From NCBI GenBank assembly GCA_046563655.1, contig CM102283.1, positions 6,448,001-6,512,000 on the forward strand: a stretch of DNA of 64,000 nt. Direction: 5' to 3'. Source of the stretch: Yuukianura sp. NJ FZ-2021. Taxonomy: Eukaryota. The notes under the pieces were generated by a model. It made no database searches. It worked only from the letters and a program-made list of their open reading frames with translations, and had not been told where the DNA came from. The translations under genes and the position numbers were made by a program. Shown one piece after another: positions 24,943 to 57,500 of the stretch (position 1 is the stretch's first letter; each line of letters begins with the position of its first letter).

Positions 24943-26586
24943 ATGGACACCAACAACGTTAACCAACTGAACCTTCACAATCTACCTCCCGAAGTAACCT
25001 ATGCTTTGAATTTAATTAGCTGCGCTAAAAATTAGGTTTAAATGTTGAAGCTTAACTTATAAATTTCTTTCTAGCTACTCACACAGATATTTGGGTACTC
25101 GGAAACAGCCGAGCTTGCTCAAAACCGAAACGTTTGCGCCCGTTGGCGCGACATCATTGAATCCAACTACATCACTCGAATGGAAATGTACGACGACAAC
25201 TGGGAATCTTACGTCAAAAACTCTACTGCTTCAAAGATTCTTCTTAAACTTAACGATGTTAAGTTCCCGATCTACCTTGCTCCAGAATTCGACGACTTCA
25301 TGTCACGCGTCAAGATTTTGGAGCTGACTGGCCATATTCCTGTGTACAACGTCATCAACATTCTCGGAAGTCGCAAACTCCAGTCACTCACTGTCAATGA
25401 TGTCTCATTGGACAACTATCGCCGTCTGGGAAATTTCAAAATTTTTGAAAATGAATCGCGGTGTCATCTGACTCAACTGAACATTGGACAACCAGATTCT
25501 GAAAACGAATTCGACCTTGCTTTGATGATTTGTATTGTCTCCACTCTACTCAAACCCAATTGTTTGAAGGAGTTGAACATTGCTACAAGCTTTTTTTACA
25601 ACTTCAAACCACAACATGTTTTGCATGCGATTTTCGCGGGAATTTTTGAAGGAGAGTCCGTAGAGTCGGAAGGTATAATCGAACCGATTTTGATGAAACA
25701 ACAGCGATCTCTCCAATTGATAGGCTTTAGTCTGCCTGTGCATGATCGTTCTGAACGCGAGGAACCAAAGGCGTTCATCAAGTTCCATCAGTACGCAGAC
25801 GTATCAGTACCTCCTGCCACTACTGCTGCCGATCCAACCAATCAAGAACCTACAACCTATAAGCTACCTGAAATCCACGAATCAAGCTTATATCTTCTGG
25901 ACCACTTTCGTTTCAACGCTACTACCTTTATGGAATCACTACTACAAATTTATGCTGCACAGTCCAAGATGAGGAATCTGGAAATTTGTTACAAGACTCA
26001 AGCACATTTGGATCAAATTGGAAATATCATCAGAAACAATTCAGAAACATTGGAGGAAATTACGATTCAAACCGAGTCTAGAGGATATATTTATCCGTAT
26101 CAGTCGTTTAGCTGCTCGAGTCTGCCACCATGTTTGAAGTTGAAAAAACTAACACTCCAAGTAGAGGAGCGAAGCGATGTGGTCACATTGCATGACCTCT
26201 TGCGTCTTCCGACTTCTTTGGAAACGTTGTGTCTTACTGGATTTGTTCCAACTGGATCGTCGGAACTGTTCGAAGTCCCCGGAATATCGCCATATTCGAA
26301 CTTGACCAAAGTCGAGCTACGTATTTTCCCGTGGTTCTTTCTGGATGGAAATGCAGTTGAAGTTTTTGAAGCTACTCATCTCAGTTGGCTTTTGAACTTG
26401 TTTCCGAAAATTCGAAAACTGACGCTCTACCTCAGCGAGCATTCAGACGACGACGATGTGCCTGATCCTGTTTCACCTGAGTTTGTGAAATGGTGCCTCG
26501 AAGGTGGTGGAGCCAATATGAAAATCGATTCAATTAAAAGTTGTCGCGGCGCTCATGAAATTTTGATCGGCAGTGACGAACAGTGA
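24943..26586 (+). CDS. F-box/LRR-like protein, paralog 6 (exons 24943-24993, 25075-26586)
   Basis: MDTNNVNQLNLHNLPPE | intron 24994-25074 | LLTQIFGYSETAELAQNRNVCARWR. Has the most divergent C-terminus of the six. Confidence 0.85.
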
Positions 26587-26899
26587 AGTTCTACCCACTC
26601 AAAGCATAAGTCTCTATTTCAACTCAAAAAAAATTATTTGAATTTTGACGTAACCCGAATATTTTCGTATCTTTATTTAAAAAAAACTAAATAAAAACGT
26701 AAATTTTGAACGTTCTGGAGTGTAAACCACTCTTAAATGAAAGATTTCCTAATAACGTATAACCTAGCCTTTTATTCTGTCTTTCCGAAACATTTCAGAA
26801 AACGTCTTAAAAAATTGAATTTTCCTTTTTTGAAAAACATTTCCTTGATAATTTGGTCCTAACAATCAGAATTTATCGAATTGCTTAGATAGTAATAAC

Positions 26900-27620
26900 C
26901 AGACCTGCCAAAAATATTTTCTAAAAACCTCAAGAATATTTATTGAAATATTGACTCAAAACTGCTGAAATATTGACGTAAATATTGACCAACTTTTAGA
27001 TAATTTGTTGGGAAAACGAAGGATATTACGTAGTCTAACACTATTCGGTGAAGAAAAACAGTTTGTAGTACACATCGAAGTTCAGTTAGCACAATTTCCT
27101 TTCCTCAATTTCCCATTTCTAATTACATGTCTTCATTTGTGTATGCGAGTATCATCCTGGCTAAGTTTTTTGTGTTTATAATTATATGCGTATACATGCA
27201 TATAATTAATGCATGTACTAAATACGCTTTCCAAAAATACTGACAAAAATTCATAATGCAATTTTTAGTTGCTTTTGCATTATGTACTTTTGGAATTGAA
27301 TTTCAGCAGCAACACGTACCTCACAAAAGCCCAATTGTGAGTATACTCTGATTTTAAAAAAACCAGGCAAAAGCATACATTACCTTGTTTTCCCCCGGAA
27401 AATGACAAAAAAATAATCCTATCACACCGGTGTTTCGGTGTCATTTAAAGTCAATATGTGCCAGATTCCTGCTTTTAATCTAATTTTTAATTAAAATCTC
27501 AAAAAAGCCGCAAAAATTGACTTAAATATTGATTTAAACTTCAATATTTTGTATTTACCAAAAACCCGCAAATATTGAAAATATTTAAAAAATTGATAAG
27601 AAATATTTCTGGCAGGTCTG
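26900..27620. mobile_element. hAT-type MITE (721 bp)
   Basis: TIRs CAGACCTGCCA / TGGCAGGTCTG, perfect 8-bp TSD GTAATAAC (26892-26899, 27621-27628), and subterminal AAATATTGA repeats. Confidence 0.88.
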
Positions 27621-28055
27621 GTAATAACTACGAAAGTCTCCGAGTATGGATTCGTTTTATTCGGAATTTGTCGGGTCAAATTAATTAAGTTAGGCGTCGA
27701 AGTTGAATTAGTTTAGTTAAAAGTGTCCGAAATATTAATTAGAGTAGAAAACATTGTTAGTGATGATGAGTTAAGTTACATGTTTTAGTCAAGTGGAGCC
27801 TTTGAAAACAATTGGTTAATTGTAGGTTTAGGATTTAAGTATAACAGGCAAGAGCTTTTTTCTTAGAACACTCCTGGATGAAAAGTTGTGGTCAAAAGGC
27901 ATGCGCAGAACTCGTCGTCGCATTCTGTTGCATTTTCCTCTTCAGCAACAAATGTTCGGGATGGATGATGCGCAGGAGTTGCTCAAGTTCCTTAGTTTGG
28001 TTAAGGTTAGGTTAACAATAGGGTGATTGATTAGGGAGATTAGGAGAAGCTGACG

Positions 28056-48856
<20,801 letters not shown>

Positions 48857-49159
48857 CTCTCCAAGCTAATATAGACGACGTACACTGCTTTTCCAAGGAC
48901 GTTGGACACGTCTCAGTGCCCACTTCCTTCTGCCCACTACAGTTCATTACTCATCCATTGTCACCTTCGGCTCATCACTCATACGATATTTCCAAAGGAA
49001 CTTCACAACTCACCTGGAAAAGGAAACAAACAAACGAGATCTTGATCATTTCAGGTCAAAAAGGCACCAAACAAAGTTTTTTCATAAAAGAAATCATTAA
49101 TTATGTTCCGACTGACATTCAGTTGGCTTTTGGTGCAAAGAATTGGAGTGAGTTCGAGT

Positions 49160-49553
49160 CAGGGTTGGCTGATTTAAACCAGTTGATTTAAAACGATTAT
49201 TTAAACCATGGTTTAAACCAAGTTTTTTTTTAATACCTGGTTTAAATCAAACAGAACTTACTATGAAAAACGGGAAAATCCTGAAATTTTTCACAACGAA
49301 ACAGCAAATCCACAATAAATTGTTGTGTTATATGTGGCTCCTTGTTCTAACTCTTTTTTTATCTTTAGTTGTTAAATATTAATCAAAATTAGACAAACCA
49401 AATACATTCTCTGGCAATATTTTAACTAAATATTTTTTCAGCACACTAATTTTGATAAAATCTCGCTTTTGGTTTAAACAAAAAATACATCATTTAAACG
49501 AAAAACATAGTTCCTGGTTTAAATCATGTTTTTTTAACCTAAAGCGAACCATG
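49160..49553. mobile_element. Old hAT-like MITE
   Basis: CAGGGTT..AACCATG ends, many subterminal GGTTTAAA/TTTAAACC motifs, and an imperfect 8-bp flank GTTCGAGT/GTTAGACT. Confidence 0.5.
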
Positions 49554-52500
49554 GTTAGACTTTTCTAAGGCAGAAAAAATAATGATTTAGAATTTAATGA
49601 TTCTTATGAAATTCAAGCACCACTGAAAGGCACAAATGAGCAAAGACTTTCTCCAGCATCTCAAACAGAATGGAAATGGAAAAGGGAGTTTCACTGGAAC
49701 TGATATTCTGACAAACCAAAAAACCAAATGTTATTTCCAAATTGTTTTTCTGATGATCTCTGTCGGATGCTGGATGCTGCAGAGGAAATGTGAGTTGTGG
49801 TGAGTGCGTAAGACACAATTTGCAAATCGATTTTTTTCAATTCCAAGTCAGGTATCAAAACTTTCTCATCTCTGCCGGCGGGTTGTTTGTCGATATGCAA
49901 AAGCATACATTTCCTGACAACAACATTTCAACTTTTGTTGAGGTACAACAGGATTTGAAAAACGTTTTGAAAAGTTGGGCTCGTCATTTCTGCCGGCAGT
50001 AACTCCGATTTCTGATATACTAAACATTGCCCCAGGCTAAGAAACTGAAAAATGTTTTTTGAACATTCTTTAAAATGAACTGAAAAAACATATGAAAGCA
50101 GCGAAAAAATAGTTTAAGATATTGAATTCAGACCAAAATCTTTACGTTTTCTAAGTTGTTCTAATTTTTTGTACGTGAGGGAGTTTGTAATAAGTTAACT
50201 TTTCGGAGCCCTTGAAGGGGAGTTAGGTCTCTAATGGGCGAAACAAGAAGTTGTGATGTGATGACCCGAGTAAAATTGTTCGAATCTCGAGGCAAACGAA
50301 ACAAACAGAGCTGGAAATGACTTTGTAAGAACTTTGAGCCGGGTATTTCGGAAAAGGTTAGCTCGACTTCCATTTGCTTGGTGAAAACAGAAGTTGGGAA
50401 GAAGGTGGAAGTAGCTGGAATGAAATGATAAGGGATAGTGTCTAACCTAAATAGAACCCAGAGGAAACCTAACTTCCATTATAATCAGAAGAAACGACGA
50501 CGACGACGGCGGTGGGATTCGCTCCTACGACACAACACACTCCGAAAAAGGCGCCTGTTTCCCTACTCCTTCCGTCTGGTTCTGACACTTTTAAATGTCA
50601 ACTCTCATCAAATCTTCACTCTCAATTAACGTTTGCGACATTTTAACTTTCTCTTTTTTCAAAATAAAAAGAAAAACAGATTTGTTTTGAAACAAAAGCC
50701 AAAAAAGTTCAAAATCTTAAAAAGGGACGTTTTTTCTCGTATTTTTTTGTCTTGTGATTTGTATGCGTCAAAAATCTGGCACGACCGATACTAGATTTCT
50801 ACAAAATCCGTCCACTTTTTAGGTCGTTGACCTTTGCGCAGGTCAATTCTGAGAACATTGACCGTAGTCCAACTTCTGTAAACTTTTAGAAGTACAATTG
50901 TATTAACCTGTGGTTACTGTTTGCTGAACTGTCCAATGGTATGTACCCGATTGATTTTCTTTTTCAAGTGCTAAGTCAACATTAAGGAAAAAGATAATGG
51001 AATCCTTCATCGGCAAAATTCATAGGCTAGGTTAACTTAGGCTAACATAACCTAACCATTGTGTCGTGGGAAGGAAAAAGAGTGGAGTCGGAAGCGATGC
51101 GTAAAGACTTGCAGACTTTCTCTAAGAAAACTTTGGGTGAAAGTGTATACAAACAGTCCACTTCCATAAAGAAAGTGGCTTGAATAGCTTGCGGCGTTTT
51201 CACTTTAGATTCAAGGAGACTATAGCATAGTCCTAGGTTAGGCTTTGTAATTCTGAGGCTTAAGTGTGTTATAAGAGCATTTCTTCAGTAAGGTGAAAGT
51301 TAGCTTAGGCGAAGTGAAAACTTTTAACTAAGGAAGTGGAGTATAAAAGGTAATGTTAACGTAAAAAGCATTTGGAGAAAATCTCATGGTTGAGTGAATA
51401 AAATAAAATCAGCGTAAGGAAAGCTTTGTTAATTAAGAGAAAGCTTTCCCATTTCACCTGATTTCCATAAAGTGAGAATTAACTTTTTCAGTTGCTAACT
51501 AAAATGAACCTAGTCTGAAATGGAATCTGGAATGCTGGAGTATCTGGAAACTGGATCTCCTGGAATCTGGATTCTGCAGCACAAGTACTTATATGGCGTG
51601 GGAAGATTAGAAAGTGTTTAGTGCCTCCAGCATTCTCCAGCGTTGGCTTTACATTTAACAGGGTTAAGACAAAAATACTTGTCCAAACATTTTGGAAAAC
51701 AAGAAAAAACTGAACAAAAGGCGGGAAGGAGGAAGCAAGCTTAAATGGGTTTGTGATTGGCCATAAATAGTGCGGGAAATGGCAGAAAAGAAAAAAAGGT
51801 GAAAGTTCATCTTAACACGCAAAGTACTCGTTTTTGAAAAAGAGAAATGAAAGAATCACGTGAGACTTTTGAGACTTCGTTTTTTTTTTATTTTGGCACA
51901 TTGATGAGAGTCTTTGCCAGACCTACAGCGTTATACAAATCCGTTTTCAAAAAAAAGCTGAAAACGAAAAAAAAATGAAAGAGTGAAAGAGTAGAGACGG
52001 CCGTCTAATTTTCTCCTCACAATTCACAAAGGACGACCACTCCCATTCACAATCCTAAGGAAATTGAGGTTCATACATTCGGTTACCGCCAGTTTTCAAA
52101 AACTGAGTTAGGGCTTATATTTTCAAATTCTAATTGTGGGCTATATGTACAAATCTCTTTCATTTTGTGGAATTTTCGGTTTTTACAAACTAAGCAAAAT
52201 TCAAAAAATAATTTGATTTTTTTAGGAACAAGCTTCACTTTAAACTTTTTCTTGACGAAGGGTAAAGTGAATTTTTTTTTAAAATAAATGTAACATACTT
52301 ATTAGCCGACAACTTTCTCTGAACTAAACACTTATGTTACAAACATGAGTTTTTGAAATCAAAATTAAAGTTACTCCCGCCATTTTCTTTGCTACACAAC
52401 TTCAAAGGAAAAGCTCATACTTGGCAGTGCTTGTACACTAATGAAACCAAAACCACAGTATCTCCTTAAATTACCTAACCGCTTTCTCTTTCCTACGCAG

Positions 52501-53297
52501 CAAATTCAGCTAGCTCATTCATTTGAAAATTTCCAATTTCTTCTTTTCAAGTTTTGTTTCTTAAAAATCAAAATTCACTACTAATTCTCCGATGAAAACA
52601 ACCAGAAAAAGAAACAGATGCAAATTGCGGAAAAGATTCCGACGAAAGTTCTCTCCTCCTTACTGATTCACTTTTGATTGAAAACGTGCACAACTTGCTT
52701 TTGCTTTCACTTTCCTAGAAAGTAATTGGAAGTGAGGTAAAAACGAATTTGAAAATGGCGGGTAACAGGAGGTTTGGTCCCGGGATGATTGAGTAGAAGA
52801 CTTGCTGCTTACACTTTTGTTCGAGTGTGTAAGTATAATGGAACGGGGCCAATCAAATCAAGATGGAAGAAATGGAAATCGCTGTTTCTAAGGAACTTCA
52901 ACTTCCAATTTTCTCTACTCCTCTGTCTAACCTAAAGCCTATAGTAGAGTAGTTACTCCCTCCAGCTACTATAGAATAGTTACTCCCTCCATAGTAACTG
53001 ACAGCTTTTATTTCCAAAAAGAGAGGGATTTCTCAAGTGGAAAATGCTAGGGTTTCAAGTCTCTCAACCTAACTGTCTCATTTCCATGTTATTACAAACT
53101 GTGTGTGTTTGTCTGATTTCGTAATTTTGAATTTCCTGCCATACTTTTCTTGGAACACAATTCAGCCAATCAAGAGCCTATTCTTCAAAAGATGCACCGC
53201 ATAACACATAACACACTTTGAAGTCAAGAAAGGCACAACTTTCCCGTCCCCCACCCTCACTGCTTCTACCCCCAGCAAGGTTCCTTGACAACGAAAA

Positions 53298-53517
53298 CTT
53301 AATTTTCTTTAACAGGTTTGGTACTACCTGGATTGTTGAAAAAAAAACGGGAAAAAAATAGTACTAACCCGAAAAATTGGTACCAATTCGTATACAAAAT
53401 TTAAAAATAAAATAGCTGTATTATTATGACTACGATGCCCGGAAATGAAAACATACTTTTTGTTTTGCAAAATCAAAAAAACATGAGGTATTACCCAACC
53501 TGTTAAAGAAAATCAAG
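53298..53517. mobile_element. MITE-like element with about 32-bp TIR
   Basis: CTTAATTTTCTTTAACAGGTTTGGTACTACCT / AGGTATTACCCAACCTGTTAAAGAAAATCAAG. Confidence 0.6.
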
Positions 53518-56500
53518 TCAACAAACCTTACACCCCCAGCTTCCAGGAAGTTTCAATTAGCTCATGCTGTTCAAAAACTTACTTTAACAACAACAGCCCA
53601 ACTGTGTAAGAATATCTCATCTGGGTTTCATGTTACAAATTCACCTGAGTTTCACTCCAAAAACATACTTAACAACATTCCACCAACTCCATGACACAAG
53701 AGAGCGGAAGAAACAGAGGGTTATCATGTTAGGCTGCCTAACGTAACCTAGCCTAAGATCATTTTGTGCATGTCACGGATCTCCCGCGCTTTGATTTAAT
53801 TAAATTTTGCCAATCCACTTAACTACAAACTGCACTTGGAGTGAGAGAGAGTAGAACTAGAGCGGAAATGGCGCCAAAATTCGTTAAGGAATTTGCTGTT
53901 GCTTACCAACCAGCGGTGGTCGCCTAAGCCTACCGCACAGGATTCAATTAAACTTTTGAAACTTTGGCGCTACTTTTCAAAGTTTGGTACCACGAAGCAT
54001 GTGTTGAGGGAAGTAGTCATGCAGTGTGGTGGAAGCAAATCTAGCGGGGCATTATGAGTAAACTATGATGTTGATGAGGATACACACGCGTGTGGGTTAT
54101 GTTATGCTGCCAAAGTAATTAAAAGTGCTTTTGAAAATTGTTCTTGGTGAAGTGGAGCGCATAGGAATAATGGGGCGCTGAAGTGAAAAATTTGAGCTGC
54201 GCAGGCGCAACTTTACTTTCTCTTTGATTTTGTTTCTGATTAGTAAAGTTTCATATAGACTTGCAAAAAGTTTCCATAATTTCCACTTTGATCAAGTCGC
54301 GACTGTGACTTTGTGTAATCAGTTTGTCATGGACGCGAAAATTTTCAAATTTTGAAGCCTGCTACTCCAAATTCACAAACTGTAATGCCAACCATTATGT
54401 CAAAAACTAACAATTTCTGACACTTGAGAAACAATTTCAATTACACTACTTTCAATTACAAGTTTTGATTTCTTAAAAGTTTCAGAGTTAAACTTTTTTG
54501 TGAGTTTTTTTAACAGTTTTTTCAAGAAACGGTTTTTGAAACTACGTTGGCGTCCTTGCAAATTCAAGAAAAACGAAATGAAAGTGGCAGAGAAAGTAAA
54601 TCTCTTTTCAGTTTTCTTGTTCGTTTTTCTTTAAATCTACCTGAATCCATTACCCACTCACACACCTTTTCCAACATGAATAAAACATGGACCCCCTGGA
54701 CTGGCGGGAAAAAAAGACGCGCCAGTTCAAATGTACTTTCTGCAAAGAAACCACAAAAACTTTTGTCTTTTAGTTTAACGAAAGCAGGAGAAAGAAAGAG
54801 GAGACAGAAAAAGTTTTCCAAAAATCTAGAACAAAAATTTGAGAATCCAGCTGGAGAAACTGCATTTCTAGTAGAAAGTAGGTGCCTACAGGATTCTTTT
54901 TTGCCTGGTTCGTTTTTCTTTAAATTTTGAAGTTGATTTGCATCACACGGAAGGAAGCGGGAAAGTAGACACCAAGGACTTTCTTGTTCATGCACTTTAC
55001 TTTTGGTGTCACTTTCTTGAAAAAAGACAAGGCTCGACAAGGAAACTAAGCAGAAAAAAATGAAGTATAGAAGAAGCTTTTCATGAATTTGACACACGTC
55101 GCACGCTATTTTTCAAAAATTGGCACAACAAAAAATGGAGAAACTTCCTGTCTTGTCAGCTTATTTTTAGGTTCAAAAATTGAGAAAGACCTTTGAGGTT
55201 TGAGTGTTAACACCTCCAGAAACCTATGCAAAATGAGTGACAATTTGAATTTTCCCACCAAAACAGACATAAAGGTCCCACGGTTTCTCATTTTGCCTCA
55301 ACAAGGGAAAAAAGATATAAAAATCCGGAAAAGCTGGATTTCACTAAAGAATTTGTTAAGTATTTATATGTATGAAACGGATGAACAAATTTAAAATTTC
55401 CCACAATATTTTGATTCAAATTTTTCCTAATAAAAGTGTCCAGTTTTTTTATTTTTATTTGTTGAAAACACTAAGATGAGGTGAAAGTTAAATAAAGTTA
55501 AAACTACTCGTGATTAAAGTTAACAAAACCTTTTTCCTTTCAAATTCAATTGAACAAAAGTAGGAGTATTAAATTAGAAAGTCTGAATCAAAAATTCAAA
55601 ATTTTTCAAAAAACTGAAATTGAAAATCGTCCTCACCACATGCATTTAGGCTCTTATTCAGTCACAGACATTGTTTAGTCATTGATAAACCCTGATTCAG
55701 TTTACATCTTGAAGATGAAAGAGTCTAATTTGAATCGATGAAAGTAAATTGAGAAAAAGTATTACGGAGAAACCTAAATTGGACGGCAGGCTCCAAATTG
55801 GACGAAAAGACGGAATTGGACGACAACAGGAAAGTACTGATGGATGTGTCTCATGGTTATCCAACTACTTCCACTTTGTCATCCTCTGATTTAATTTGAA
55901 TGGACTCTTGTCTATTGTAGTCACAAATCAAGTTGGCAAGTCGGTCGCTGTCGCTGATTTTCAATTTCACAGTTCCCTGGCTTCCTTTTGAGCAACTTTG
56001 ACTCTTAAATCAGCCACGTTCATCATGTCTCCAACTACTCAATCAGGATCAGACCAACTATTGGTTGCCTAGCAACCACCCTTATGCTACCACCCCTCCC
56101 ACTAAGATTCAATTAATCAATGTCCTTGCCTGCAATTGTGGACTACGTTCAGCCTTTTCCCCCACTTCCTTGGACGGAACTTTCTCCTCCTCCGAGTTCA
56201 AAACCAAAAGACTTTTTGAAAATGGGCGGAAGGTTTTTGAAAACTGGAAATTGATTGTTAGTGAACCACTTTTAAAGAAAAATGTTTCGCAGGAACGTGA
56301 CTGAAGACATTCAGTAGACCGTAGTTTGCTGGAAGTTGTTTTTTTGTAGTATTAGTGGTGGCTTGTGTTGGAGACCAGGGAGCGGCGTTGAACTTTCTTG
56401 AGCCGCTGAGAACCAACTGTTGCTTCTTGTGCTGGAGCTGGAGGAAGGTGGCTGGGGCTGGAAGGCGCTGGCAGTGTCTCCGAGGGAGCTCAAAGCCTCC

Positions 56501-56984
56501 TGTCACTTTATACTCATGCTCCCCCCTTCCAACTCCCACCCATTCACCTGTCACTCCCCCTCTTACCCCCTAACAGTCTAAAACCTAACCTCTCCGTCAC
56601 CAATGACACCATCAATCCACTTTCACCAACCATCACAAACGCCTTTCACTGCCCAAAAACATCATAAACTTATTATTGACTACGCTAACGACCAAGATAG
56701 GAACAGGCTGTACTTTGTAATAATGTAACTATATCAGATCATCTTGTAACAAAAAGTTGGTCATCACTCCAACCCATCTGTCTAACAAGGGAACTTTGGC
56801 TTCAGAGAGAAGAAAAAAAGAGGTGAAAATTTAATTTTCCTAGTTATGAGGTTTTGTTAGTCTGCAAGTAAATTTTGGAGGTTTTAAGTCATCCAAGGTT
56901 TTAATTTTTTGTGCAAAAAATTTTGAGATTTACAGATTTAATAGTTTCGTTTGCTTAACTCCAGAAATGGCCTTCAAAACGAAG

Positions 56985-57500
56985 CACGCCATTACATCGA
57001 AAAAAAAAAAGACATCGGAGAAAAAGACATCGTAAAGAAACACATCGAAAATGCAAACACATCGAAAATGTAAACACATCGAAAAAAAGACATCGACAAT
57101 GCAATCACATCGAAACAAAAGACATCGAAAACTATCCTCGGTCAGCCAAACCTACGCACGCAATCACTATTGCCTGCTTTAGCAAACCTAACGTGCCTTA
57201 GGAAAGTGTGCTTTACTAAACCTAACGCCAAACCCAAAGTTTTCATTTTTATGCTGAAACTGCACGCACAAATTTCGTTGCAATTTCCGCGCCGAAAGCG
57301 CGGCGTTAGGTTTGGTAAAGCACGCAATAGTGATTGCGTGCGTAGGTTTGCCTTGACTGAGGTTAGTCTTTTGTTTCGATGTGATTGCATTATCGATGTC
57401 TCTTTCTCGATGTCCTTTGTTTCGATGTGTTTACATTTCCGATGTGTTTCTTTCAGATGTCTTTTCCTTCGATGTGTTTTTTTTTCGATGTAATGGCGTG
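56985..57500. mobile_element. Foldback (MULE-like) non-autonomous element with about 200-bp modular inverted arms
   Basis: CACGCCATTACATCG..CGATGTAATGGCGTG ends; arms built of tandem ACATCGAAA units plus the block AAACCTACGCACGCAATCACTATTGC and its reverse complement; CCTTCAA on both flanks. Confidence 0.8.

Noticed and set aside
267-26309. Short antisense and alternate-frame ORFs overlapping the F-box genes
   Set aside because: Shadows of the real coding frames; their recurrence reflects paralogy only.
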